Below are positions 11,496 to 22,899 of a stretch of DNA of 33,271 bases, piece by piece. The notes beneath the pieces were generated by a model. That model did not search any database, was not told the DNA's origin, and saw only the letters and a program-made list of their open reading frames with translations. The position numbers and the translations under genes are program-made. The DNA is from Chiloscyllium plagiosum (Eukaryota), in assembly GCF_004010195.1 (NCBI RefSeq), contig NC_057718.1:44532005-44565275 (forward strand), given 5' to 3'. Position 1 is the first letter of the stretch, and each line of letters opens with the position of its first letter.

Positions 11496-11539
11496 AACGA
11501 CAGAAAAACTTGACTATAAAGGTAGATCATGACAACAAT

Positions 11540-11670
11540 CCTAAAAGAGTAAAGGAAGGTTAAGAGGGGGGAGGAGTTTGGGTGAAAATTCCAGACTATA
11601 GCATCTGGACAGTTGAATGCAAAGACACCAGTACTGGAGTGAAGAGGATCAGAGTTTGAAGAATATACGC
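11540..11670 (-). mobile_element. Possible old L2-type LINE fragment
   Basis: aaattccagactatagcatctggacagttgaatgc resembles the antisense of the L2 ORF2 C-terminus (AF..L.P.LWNSL). Very decayed. Confidence 0.35.
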
Positions 11671-11927
11671 AATTTGTCTGGTCTGGTTGGGTCTGAGACT
11701 TGTCAGAATATGATGTTGGGGTGCAGGAATGCTCGATTCATCTCCAGCTTCAAACAAAGTATTGTGGTGAATGGAGTCTGCAATTGTGAATGATTTAGGT
11801 GAGAGTTTTGTTTTCTCTTTTCCTCCTTCCCATTAAATTATCTGTCAGTATAAGGCTAAAGCTACATTAAGTGCTTGCATCAATTACACAACACAAATTG
11901 TATGAAGTCACCTCAGTGAATTATTAG

Positions 11928-12045
11928 CTGAAAATGTGTTGCTGGAAAAGCGCAGCAGGTCAGGCAGCATCCAAGGAGCAGGAGAATCGACGTTTCGGGC
12001 ATGAGCCCTTCTTCAGGACTCCAGCATCTGCAGTCCTCACTTTCC
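11928..12045. mobile_element. Young PLE-derived insert with 5' inversion and 17-bp TSD
   Basis: Perfect TSD cctcagtgaattattag at 11911-11927 and 12046-12062. 11928-12018 is antisense and 12019-12045 (ctccagcatctgcagtcctcactttc) is the sense terminus. Confidence 0.88.
11983..12022 (-). ncRNA. Minimal type-I hammerhead ribozyme motif with intact core
   Basis: Minus strand: ggagtc-CTGAAGA(12016-12010)-a-GGGC tcat GCCC-GAAA-cg-TC(11989)-gattct. Palindromic ACGT stem III, predicted GUC cleavage site. Confidence 0.82.
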
Positions 12046-12389
12046 CCTCAGTGAATTATTAGTTCATTTTACCCAACGTTTAGTAATGATGACCTCCAGA
12101 CCCTGTTGAAAGAAAAAGCAAAAGTTTTATAAAGGCCATCTATGGTTGGCAGAGACCTCAGAGATGTGGCAAGCCACATAGAGAGAAGCATATGGGGTGT
12201 CAACATATAGTTGACATTCTAATACCTCAATAATTAAGTCATCTTAATGTACGGTTGTTTGGAGAGTCATAACTTGGAATCTTTCAAGATATGTCACCAT
12301 TTCTGATAATATGAATTGCTTACATCTCAGAACATAGCAATCTTTCCAGATTTTCTTTGGAGATCATCTGTTGTCTTCTGCCAATTTGA

Positions 12390-12456
12390 ACTTCAAAAAT
12401 ACTTCATTGATTGTAAACCACTTTAGGAGGAGATCATGATGTAATTGCAAGACTTT
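12390..12456 (+). mobile_element. 3' tail remnant of SacSINE1/L2-type element
   Basis: cttcaaaaatacttcattgattgtaaaccactttagg...tgcaagacttt, homologous to 27880-27980. Confidence 0.5.
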
Positions 12457-13371
12457 ATGTTGGAGGCCTACAGGCTGGTGGCAATGGTAGGGGACGGCAA
12501 TGAGTAGGAAAACTAGTCAGGTTCCTGTAAGCCTTTCTTAAAGGGAAAGGTGATATTGTCAGGCTGGGAGGGTGGTGTGGAGCCAATGGCCTCATGGAGA
12601 CAGAGAGGGAGAGAGAGACGAAGGATTCCTTAACTAAGATCTCGAACTGCAGCCGTTCTACAATATAACTCTGTTCTCCCAAGACTCTATTAATGTCTAT
12701 AAATACTTACGCAAGTAGAACAATGAATTCCTGCTTCATTGTCTTTTGAGGCTCTGAAATGGGATTTGCATAAGCAAGCCAATGAGGACCTTGTTTTGGT
12801 ATCCCTGGAACTGATGAAGATGTTTGACCATATCCTCCTCCTAGAACATGCGTTCAAATTGACCAGGACAGGCAGCTAAGGGACTGCCTATCTGAAGCAG
12901 TGAGAAATGGGAATATCTATCTGAAGTTGAGGACACATAATCAAGATGACACTCAATTGAGCTTTGACCCACAGACCTGGATCATGAGGACTGACTGTAT
13001 TCCTAAGTTGGGGTAGGTTAAGAGAGGTCACCGTAAGTATAGACGGGGATGCAGACCTCAGACTGAAGAGGAAAGCAGAATAGATTGCTGCTGCATGGTT
13101 TCGGTTAATATACTTCTATCTTCACAGTAAACCTCATGGCTGACCTCACTCAAAGAATGCTGAAAAAGAGGTATTGGAATTATAACAGACTAGGAACTTC
13201 AAATGAGACTGCTCTCAATGTGCTACCATGGCACAGAGACTTCATACAGTGCCTTCCCTTCTAAATGATATGAAACTAGTTGGGTCTTCCACCAGGACCC
13301 AAGTTGGGGTTGGGCTTGAGATAGGATGGGATGGGAGTGGTGCTCTTCCAGGAAGAGGCTCAATCTAAGGT

Positions 13372-13685
13372 GGGCGGCACGGTGGCACAGTGGTTAGCAC
13401 TGCTGCCTCACAGCGCCAGAGACCCGGGTTCAATTCCCGACTCAGGCGACTGAATGTGTGGAGTTTGCACATTCTCCCCGTGTCTGCGTGGGTTTCCTCC
13501 GGGTGCTCCGGTTTCCTTCCACAATCCAAAGATGTGCAGATCAGGTGAATTGGCCATGCTAAATTGCCCGTAGTGTTAGGTAAGGCGTAAATGTAGGGGT
13601 ATGGGTGGGTTGCGCTTCGGCGGGTCGGTGTGGACTTGTTGGGCCGAAGGGCCTGTTTCCACACTGTAATGTAATGTAATGTAAT
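13372..13685 (+). mobile_element. HE1-type V-SINE, full length, young
   Basis: A box tggcacagtgg 13383-13393, B box ggttcaattcc 13427-13437. V-domain tgtggagtttgcacattctccccgtgtctgcgtgggtttcctccggg, CR1-like tail gggccgaagggcctgtttccacactgta, (TGTAA)4 end. Confidence 0.95.
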
Positions 13686-13749
13686 TGCTTGACAGTGAGT
13701 AGGAATTTTAGCAAGGTAGATGGACAATGCTGACAATAAGAAAGGCATT

Positions 13750-14750
13750 AATCATTACTCTGGCTTTTGCCATCCGGCTAAGGGGCATGAGTTAATCTCT
13801 TTCCTCATCCAGGTCTCCATTTTGCAGGCATTGGTCATTTCTGCATCATGTTCTCCCTTTCTGTCTTCAACACACTTTTCATAACACTGAGATAACTGGC
13901 TGTTTGTGTTCTGCTGGATTCCCCAATGCAAGTAAGGAAGTTGTGTTTGGGTCAAACGTGTTACAAGATATCTTTGGAAGGTATTCAGTGTAACTGCTAT
14001 GAGCAGGACGTCATAAAGTTCCGAGATGAGACTAACTTGTTGCTTGTTCCACACGTTCAAGATGTACCAGCCAAATCTTGCAATGGTTTGAGGAGCAGAA
14101 AACTGGGTCATTCTTTTCCTCATTGACGTCATTATTGTTCTTGAAAGTAACAGCATGACATGTCACATGTCATGGACTTACCCTTTAGTGTAACTCTAAA
14201 AGCTACCTTAAGCAATGTTAGGCAGCAAAAGTGCTTATTTCCAAGTGAGAATGCACATAGATATTCTTTAACCTGTCACGGACATAGATAGTGTGCTGAC
14301 TATGGAGGGCGGCTCTTAATTCTTATCAAAGGTGAGGTGGAGGTCACCTTGTTTCTACACTTGCAAAGTATTGGACAACTTTGAGTGAGGATAATGACAC
14401 ATCAGACATTGTTACCTGATGACCCACAGGATTGTGACTCAAGATTACTATTCAGTAAGGAATTCTTAACATTGCAAACCACCCTTTCACTGATGCGACA
14501 TCCGGGATTACCTGTTCAAGTCCTTGTTGTGAAGTGTCATGTGAGAGCTATCAAATTTGTACATGTTCACAACAGTTCACATGAGGAAGATAGATAGAAA
14601 TCTAAGGAGCTGTACGAAATACCAGGGTTTTGACACACAGACTCATAAGGATGCTTAACTTCAAGCTAAGACTGATGAAGATTACAATTTTCAAAGATGC
14701 AGTGTATTTCTGCAGTCTTGCTTTGATCTGAGAAAGACATTGAAAACACA
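13750..14750 (-). mobile_element. Possible highly decayed Harbinger/PIF transposase relic
   Basis: Collinear weak resemblances on the minus strand: FDSSHMTL (cf. IDCTHV), SGN..IILTQS (cf. PGS.HD.FIL.QS), VEQA (cf. IE.AIG), HNF (cf. LHN). Many frameshifts. Confidence 0.25.
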
Positions 14751-14756
14751 CAATCT

Positions 14757-15856
14757 GCATTTTGTTTAATCACTCGTGGGACATGTGCATCGCTGGCTCA
14801 CCAGCATTTATTGCTTGTCCCTAGTTGCCCTTGAGAAGGTGGTAGTGAGCTGCCTTTTTGAACTGCTACAGTTGACCCACAAAGCTCTCAGGGAGGGAAT
14901 TTCAAAGTTTAATCCAGTGACAATAAAGGAACGATGATATATTTCCTAGTCAGGATGGTGAGCGGTTTGGAAGAGAGCTTGCAGGTACTGCCCTTGTCCT
15001 TCTAGATCGAAGAGGTTGTGGGTTTTAAAGATTCTTTCTAAGGATCTTTGGTGAATTTCTGCAGTGCATCTTGTAGATGGTACACACTGCTGTTACTGAG
15101 ATCAGTGGTGGAGGGAGTGGATGTAGTGCCAATCAAGCAGGCTGCTTTGCCCTGGGTGATGTCAAGCTTCTTGAGTTGTTGGAGCTGAACCATCCAGGCA
15201 AGTGGGCAGTATTCAATCACACTCCTGACTTGTACTTTGTAATGTTGGACAGACTTTGGGGTTTTAGGAGGTGCGATGCTTGCCGCAACTTCCTTAGCCT
15301 CAGTGTTTGTGCGGTTGTCCAGTGGAGATTTTCTGGGCAGTGGGAACCCTTCCTGAAGATGTTGGTAGTGGGTGATTCAGTGATGGTAACACCATTGAAT
15401 GCCAAGGTGTGGTGCTTAGATTGTCTCTTCTTGGAGATAGCCATAACTTGGCATTTGGCTATTGCCGCTTGTCAGCTCATGCCTGGATATTGTGCAGATT
15501 TTGTTGCATTTGCAAATGCAGTGCTTCATTATTTGAGGAGTTGCAAATGGTGCCAAACATTGTGCAAACATTAGCCAACATCCCCACTTCTGACCTTATG
15601 GTGGAAGAAAGGTCATTGATTAGGCAGCTGAAGATGGTTGGGCCTAGGACACTATCCTGAGATGCAGAGATGTCCTGGAGCTGAGACGATTGATCTCCAA
15701 TAACCACAATCATCTTCCGATATGTCAGGTATAACTCTAACCATAGAGAGTTTGCCATCTGATACCAATGGATTCCAGTTTTGCTAGGACTCCTTAATGT
15801 CACATTTGTTCAAATGCCTTGATGTCAATGGCTGTCACTCTCACCTCACCTCTGAG
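14757..15856 (-). mobile_element. Second-lineage CR1/L2-group LINE, RT to 3' end
   Basis: WLELYLTYRKMIVVIGDQSS..QDSVLGPTIFSCLINDL (15477-15803), then EYCPLAW..LKKLDITQGKAACLIG. 3' UTR ends aataaatgctgg..cacatgtcccacgagtgatt. Confidence 0.88.
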
Positions 15857-17044
15857 AGAAATCATGAGTTGTGTTCTAGCTAGTTATTGTAGGAAGTTTC
15901 TGCAAGGTTATGCTGGGTTTTCTGTCCTACTCCACCACTTGAAAGAAAACCAAAGTATTCTAAAGGAGTACAGTAGATGGGAAAGAAGATACATTGTGTA
16001 ATACTTCATGAAACATCACAGGGTGTTGGACCCCAGCATGCAAAGATTCCTGTAGCATCCTCCATCTGAAGCTCATGTCACTAACTATGCTTGGCCACCC
16101 AGATTTCAGTCTCTCTTTCATGACTGGAAATCAATATTAGTTTCTTTAGTGTATGAGCTAATCACAGGTTCAAAGGCAGAAGAGAGCGGTTATGGCTTGA
16201 GCCAGCTGGAGTACCCAGCTGAGCGTGATCAGAATGCAGAATTACTCCAGCATGAAGTTAGAACTTAGCTTTGAGATCAGCTATTTCTTCAAAGACCAAA
16301 AGCAGTGTTTTAATCAGTACAGAGTTTGAAATGTTTACAGTAAACAAATCACTCTGTTATTTCAAATATCTGGCAAGCTTGGAGCAATGGAGACCAAACG
16401 ATCTGCTGAACTTGCTCAGTTTTGATTCCAGATTCGAAGACTCACCATAGGAGGGAACTCATCTCGGCCTGGTTGCAGATGAAGCTATGCCCAGCCCATA
16501 AATCAAGGCAGCATTCAGATCCTGATTGCTTTTGACATTTGCACTCAGATCCAGTTGGCAGTCACCGATTCACTTATAAATGAGATCCAGACCATGTCAG
16601 GGAGATAAAGCCAGGTATGATTTCACGTTGTCATCTGACTCGAACAAGGAGTTCAGACTGCTTCACCTGGTTAATGTAGACATTTATAAGCTGCTGCCAT
16701 GGAAGATCCAATGTCCATCAAATTAATGTCAGCTAATGAGGGAGTCCAAACAAGCAAGAAGCCATTGAGGTGCTGCAAGAGGATCAGGGAGGAGGATGGA
16801 GTCTTCCATCAGCTGTTTCATGGCACTGAGAGAGAGGTGAAGTAACTCATCCTTACAAAGCCTCAAACATCATGTTGACACTAGTTCATGATGACTGAGC
16901 AAAACACTGTGATTCTATGCTGGATGGCTGCTGATAATGATAACCATGGTTGAATGTGTCAAAGGTGTATTTTGGATAATGCAGGAGGGGATTTCACCCA
17001 ACAATGTGATTTCTGGTTGCTAAGAGGTCCTTTTAATGGATGTC

Positions 17045-17370
17045 ATGGTTCTTTATCCCAGCAGTAATGGGACTGGGCACATTCTCACACTTACAGGTCT
17101 TGTTGTAGCTCCTCCTTTCCCAACATTACCAATCAGATAATAATCTGTCTCCACGTTTTTGCTACCAAAGGGGAGAACCTCACATTTATCCACATCATAC
17201 TTTATTTGCAGTGCATTTGCCCATTCACTCAACTTATCCAAATCACACTGAAACATCTCTGCATCCTCCTCAAAGTTCATTCTCCCACCCTGCTTCATAT
17301 TGTCTGCAGACTTGAAGATATTACATTTAATTCTCTCATCTAAATCTTTAACGTGTATTGTGAGTTGGAG
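17045..17370 (-). mobile_element. CR1 RT internal fragment
   Basis: ADNMKQGG..EEDAEMFQCDLDKLSEWA..YDVDKCEVLPFGSKN. Confidence 0.85.
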
Positions 17371-17519
17371 GTGTAGGAGTTGAGGCAGCTGTCAGGTGAT
17401 GAACACACACCATTTAGAAGAGGTAATGATGATCATAGGTGACCTGAACATTGATGGAATAGAATGTTTTTCTATTAGTGAACTCTGCTGCAATGTTATA
17501 TGATCCCACAATCAATAAT

Positions 17520-17851
17520 GATTAGATTAAATTATCTACAGTGAGGAAACAGGCTACTTGGCCCATCAAGTCCACAAGGACCCTCTGGAGAGTAAACCAC
17601 CCAATCCCATTCCCCTACCCCATATTTACCCCTGACTAATACACCTAATAATATGGGCAATTTAACATGGCTAATTCACTTAACCGACACATCTTTTGGA
17701 TTGTGGGAGGAAACTGGAACACTTGGAGGAAACCCACGCAGACATGGGAGAATGTGCAACTCCACACAGACAGTTGCCCGAGGTGGGATTCGAACTCAGG
17801 TCTCTGGCACTGTGAGGTAGCAGTGCTAACCAATGAGCCACCGTGCTGTTC
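17520..17851 (-). mobile_element. HE1-type V-SINE, full length, older subfamily
   Basis: Reverse complement of the 13372 element with more substitutions and a longer central-3' segment. Confidence 0.92.
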
Positions 17852-18694
17852 CAAATGTCCTGCATTTGGCAGAAGCCAACCATGTTGCGGAATTTTACTG
17901 CATGGGCTACATGAAGTCATGTTCAGGAAACAAAATGAACTGGTGTGGTCATTGTCTTAATCCTTTTGTGGGTGCACAACTGAGACATCTCACACAGGTC
18001 AGCCATCACTCTCTGAAAGGAGCTAGTCACATAGACGTTCGATGTAGCTGTCATCTTCACAGCCACTGAGAAAGTCACTTATTCAAATCCAACTGCAATC
18101 CACTACTCTCCCCTGTCTTTATGGGCACTTTCTCCCAAGGTGGACATATGAAAATTTGGCAATTTGACAAATTTTCTCTACGCATCTTGATGATGAAAAG
18201 TGAATGTTCACAGGATGTAACATTGGAAGTGATTAAATCAAATAGATCTCAGTGAAATAATACATAAACAACAGAACTTTCAAGAATTTTAGGTTACATA
18301 GTGTAGGATTTTGTTCATTCCCAAATTGACCTTCCTACTTCAATTCTTTTCTTTCAATGTTTTTCCTTTGTTCCCCATTGGTTTTAAAACAGTAATCCAT
18401 GCCCTTAATACCTCAAGGCTTTGTCTAAACAGTATCTCTGTTTCTATCTTACACTAAATTCCTTCATTTGGAATACTCCTTTTGTTGCTATCCTGTTAGA
18501 GTCTTATACCAGCCCCCAGATGTTTGTTAGGAGGACTTTGCAGGGTCGACAGGATAGTGGGTGATCAGTACATTATTTACAGATATGCTCAAACTTTTAG
18601 TTTCTTGTTTTCTCGATATCTGGAACTCTCTTCAAGATTCTTTCACATTTCACCTTCCCTGTTTGCTTTCAATAGTACTTACTGTCAACTTCAA

Positions 18695-19280
18695 CGGAGG
18701 ATGAGAGGATTGCCTTACAATGTTGGGTCAAGTAAATTGATTCTCTTTTATCTGGAGCTTAAAAGACTTCGAGGTGATTTCATAGAAACACTTAAGATTA
18801 TGAAAGGGAATGACAGGAGTTGTTTCCTTTGAGCTGGGGAATCTAGAGACTGGGGAATCAGTTTCAAGATAAGGAGCCAGTCATTTGGAATTGAGATGAA
18901 AAGAAATTTCTTCATTCAAAAGGTTATGAATCTTTGGAAATTCACTACCCAGAAGGTTTTTGATGTATCATCATCAAGTATATTTAAAGCTGAGACTGAC
19001 AGATCTTTGGGTGTCTCACAGAATCAGGGGAATTGGGGAACAAGTAGGAAAATGGAGTTGAATCCGTCAATCAGACATAATCATACTGAGAGGTGGGGCA
19101 CAGAACAGAGTATGGTTTACTTCTGCCTCTATTTCCAGCTACCTGATAAAGGAGCAGTGCTTTGAAAGGTTGTACCTCAAACAAACCTGTTGGATTATAA
19201 GGTGGTGTTGTGTGATTTTTAACTTGTCCACTCCAGTCCAACACCGGCACCTCCTCATCTATTTCTTATGTTCGTATGCT
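18695..19280 (+). mobile_element. CR1 3' end, tail interrupted by the insert at 19136-19257
   Basis: LELKRLRGDFIETLKIMKGNDR and MKRNFFIQKVMNLW..IFKAETDRSL. Tail ctatttc|ttatgttcgtatg. Confidence 0.88.
19136..19257 (+). mobile_element. Short PLE-derived insert (second family) with degenerate hammerhead
   Basis: 8-bp TSD tctatttc (19128-19135, 19258-19265). tac-CTGATAA(19143-19149)-a-GGAGC agt GCTTT-GAAA-ggtt-gta. Confidence 0.7.
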
Positions 19281-19299
19281 ATCTTCATCTGTTCTTTTC

Positions 19300-19570
19300 A
19301 CATAAGAATATAGAAAACAGGAACAAGAGTGGGTCATTTGACCTTTGAGGCTGCTCCACCATTCAGAATGATCATGGCTGATCATCCAACTCAGCGCTCT
19401 GTTTCTGCTTTCTCTCCGTGCCTTCTGATTTCTTTAGCCCTAAGAACTGTATGCAACTCAACCTTGAAAATATTCAATGTTTCAGCCTCAACCACTTTCT
19501 CTGGCCAAGAATTCCACAGGCACATCAGTCTATGAGTTAAGAAATTTCCCTTCATCTCAGCTCTTACACC
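19300..19570 (-). mobile_element. CR1 3' end
   Basis: cataagaatatagaaaacagg..gatcatggctgat..aagaattccacagg..aagaaatttccc is the antisense of the CR1 C-terminus and 3' UTR. Confidence 0.85.
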
Positions 19571-21139
19571 ATATCCTTATGACACATGATTGCAATGCTA
19601 CACCAACATCTTCAGACTCCACCAACATCTTCTAGTGTCCTTCAATGTCTCCACCTTGCCTTTATCCCCATCTGAAGGAATGAAATTCCTCTTTGATGTC
19701 TGACCTACACTACCTCCCCCTTTGACCCCAACTGCAAACACTATATCATTCTGCAGGTCTTTGATGTTCATCTTCCCTATTCTATTGTATTTCTGATCTT
19801 TCTAGATTTTGCCATTTCAATGCTCCCTTTAGCCTTGAACTAATTATATTCCATTCTCCAATTCCTCTTCACCAAACAACTACCTGAATCTAATGCCAGT
19901 TGTAACTTAATTTTCTGCATTTTCCACATTGTTTTTTTTAATCTGCACATCAACATAAGTGAAAGCTTTGTGTGCAAGGGTTTTTAAGATGAGTACGAAT
20001 TATCAAATTAGTTTTAAGATGTCATCAAAAGTATGTTCATATAAACCACACATTTGACAAAAAGTTGAGCAAATAAAATAATTATTCATTAGAATCAATT
20101 TGATTGATTTACTTATTACAGGATCGTGTTTAAATTTCAGTCAACTGAAGTTCAGAATCGTTTCCAAGAAAATATTAATGACATTCTGCATCTGCTCACT
20201 GTTAAAATGGATTTTTGCCATTGAGAAATTGATGCATGTACTTTATTTACTCTTGTGTCATTAGTCACCTGCAGTTTGCTTAGAATCAAAAAAATCACAA
20301 AATGGTTTTGCAGGATGAATAACTTTTGGTTCATTTGATCATAGTCATTGCAGCATTACTGTTTACAAAATAAATCTTGGCTTTAACTTTATCCTAAATG
20401 AAGTAAAACTTCCTGCAGTCTATCTTAGTTTTTCCTTTCATGCTTCTAAACCAGAGACCCTGACATATCTGATAATACATCAACAAAATACACTTATAAT
20501 GTTCCATGATTAGAAACAAATTCTAGAATTGTTCCCAGATTCCCAAATACAATAGGCAATGAACATAAAGAAAACAAGGTACAATGGAGTTTAAGGATTG
20601 AGCTCAGGACTAAGTTCCAGAACCATGCGGCACAACTCCATCATAGTACTTCCAAATGTCAGGGATATAGTAGGGAACCATCTTCCTAGAATAACTTCCA
20701 GTGGCGTTGCCTCTCATTTCCTCCTTCACTATATCTGCACTGTGCAGTGTTCATCAAATGGTCACCATGGCATGTACAAAATTGACTTCCCATCTAGGCC
20801 ATCCATGTTCATTTGATGCAGAATAAACATCAGAATGAAAAATGTGTGAAACTTGTAAATGACATGTTGGTCCAACTCATCATATATAGCTCAAAATGGA
20901 GCTCCAGCATGACTCATGTGTTCTTCTCCTGGTATTGCTGGTCTATTTATTGTTTGTTTTTACCCTCTGAGACATGAGATGCTTCATCCTCTGAAACATC
21001 CAACTGTTGTCTTCAGAGGAGGTGTAAGGTAGAACACCTGTAGCCTGCTTCTGACGTTCTGGAGAATTAACATTTCAAATGAAGCACAAAAACATTGAGT
21101 TGACTAGTTATTTAAAGAGTCATTACTATCAATGGATGC

Positions 21140-21453
21140 CCCAATTCCAATCTTCCAGCTCAGCACTGTCCTCATGACCTGTCCTACCTGACAATCTCCC
21201 TTCCCATTTATCCACTTCACCCTCCCCTCTGACCTATCACCTCCATCCCCACCCCTATTCACCTATTGTACTCTTTGCTACCTTCTCCCCAGCCCCACCC
21301 CTCCCATTTATCTCTCCACCCTGGAGGCTCCCTGTTTCTATCCCTGATGAAGGGTTTTTGCCCGAAACATCGATTTTCCTGCTCCTCAGATGCTGCCTGA
21401 GCACTACTCTAATCTAAACTTTGGTTTCCAGCATCTGCAGTCCTCACTTTTGC
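21140..21453 (+). mobile_element. PLE 3' region/pseudo-LTR insert, 314 bp, 14-bp TSD
   Basis: Perfect TSD ctatcaatggatgc (21126-21139, 21454-21467). C-rich 200-nt leader, hammerhead core, terminus ccagcatctgcagtcctcactttt. Confidence 0.85.
21340..21378 (+). ncRNA. Minimal hammerhead ribozyme motif
   Basis: CTGATGA(21344-21350)-a-GGGT tttt GCCC-GAAA-ca-TC(21371). Canonical core, weak stem I. Confidence 0.72.
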
Positions 21454-21897
21454 CTATCAATGGATGCAGCAGGCTGCTATGGGAGCCAGAGTTGATGGAT
21501 AAGTACAAATCCTCCTCACTTTCCACATCCACCCACCAAACCAGATAATTCAATTTCAACTCCTCCTCTTCAAAACAAAAAGTAACATGCAGGCATTGTC
21601 TTTGGGCTCCAAGAATGTATTTCATCTGAATGTTTTGCTGGTGAATTAGTCACCGGTCTGTGAAGGACAATTAGGAGTATTTCTTCAGTTAGTGATAGGG
21701 ATGAAGTGCTGAAGAGTTAATGGGGTGATAAATGGGTTGTGGGAGTTGTGGAGCAGGGTTTGCCATAGCAAATTCCAAGGTCAGTTTTCACCCTTGGTAC
21801 CACTATTGAAACAGTTTTTCTATAAAGGATAGGAGAACATAGTCAATAGCATCCTGCAAGTTTGTTATGATAATGCATGAGATTTCGGTCTTCTCTT

Positions 21898-22668
21898 TCA
21901 GATTCATTGAATTGGACAATTCAGAAGAGGACCTTCTGCCCATCCAGTCTGTACCAACAAAAACTATTGTAAATCTACATTGGTCTAACACTCCAGCATT
22001 GGAAGTAATGACATTTCAAGTGTTCATCCAAGTACTTTTTGAAAGAGTTGTGAGGTTTGCCACCTTACCTACCCTCCTGGGTAGTATATTCCAGATTTTT
22101 ACCACCCTCATTTGCTTGTTTTGTTTTCCTCAAATCACCTCTAAACCTTCTGCCTTTCACCTTAAAATTGTGCCCAATAATGTGACCCGCTCCTTCCTAT
22201 CCACTGTACCCTTGCTCCCCATAATCTTATACACCTCAATCAGGTCTCAATCTTAGCTTTCTCTGCTCTTAAAAGAAACAACCTAAGCTTATCCAACCTT
22301 TCTCAATTGTGAAAATGCTCTAACTCAGGCAGCACCCTGCTGAATCTCCTCTGCACCCCCTCCATTCTTCCTAGAGTGTAATGACCAAAAGTCCACACAA
22401 TATTCCAATTGTGATTTAAACAAGGCTTTCTTTGTTTTTTATATTTCAATCTTCAACATAATCTCCCTGTTCTTACAGTCTGTGTCATGATTAATAAAAG
22501 CAAGTGTCCTGTATTCCCTCTTAAGCACTCTATGTATCTTACATACTATATTCAATAATTTGTGGACAAGAACCCCAAGATGCCTCTGTTCCCCTGAGCT
22601 TCCTAATATACTATTATTTGTTGAGTATTTGGAGTTGAAAAGCGTTCCTTCCAATGTGTACTCACCTT
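21898..22668 (-). mobile_element. Decayed CR1, RT C-terminus to 3' end
   Basis: ILGSSGEQRHLGVLVHKLL..HRVLKREYRTLAFIN (22439-22654). 3' UTR antisense at about 21900-22030. Confidence 0.85.
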
Positions 22669-22899
22669 GGAGTCCAGATCAGTGGGCTGTGTTGGAAATG
22701 GCTGGTCAGAAGAAATAGAAAAGGAAGGGTTCCAGCCCAGCTCCTTGATTGATGCAAGTTCTGACAGCAAAAGGCAGGGATGCCAGTTTCTTGTAGAGAT
22801 CAGAAGCGATCACTTCATTCTGAAGAAATCTTATAACATCAGTATATTTTACAGACTACATATGAAGCCCAGAGTTTTCTTGAGAGGGTTTCTGTTTGA

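Noticed and set aside
13372..13445. tRNA gene (also 28720-28795 and 17775-17851)
   Set aside because: A/B boxes belong to SINE heads followed by a V-domain and LINE tail. No complete acceptor stem or terminator.
13365..13748. Similar ORFs 13365-13748, 17667-17960 and 28503-28826 (CGRKPEHPEETHADTGR) as a gene family
   Set aside because: Antisense translation of HE1 SINEs, a common annotation artefact.
15077..15574. Longest ORF (165 aa) as a host gene
   Set aside because: Lies antisense to LINE RT/3' remnants.
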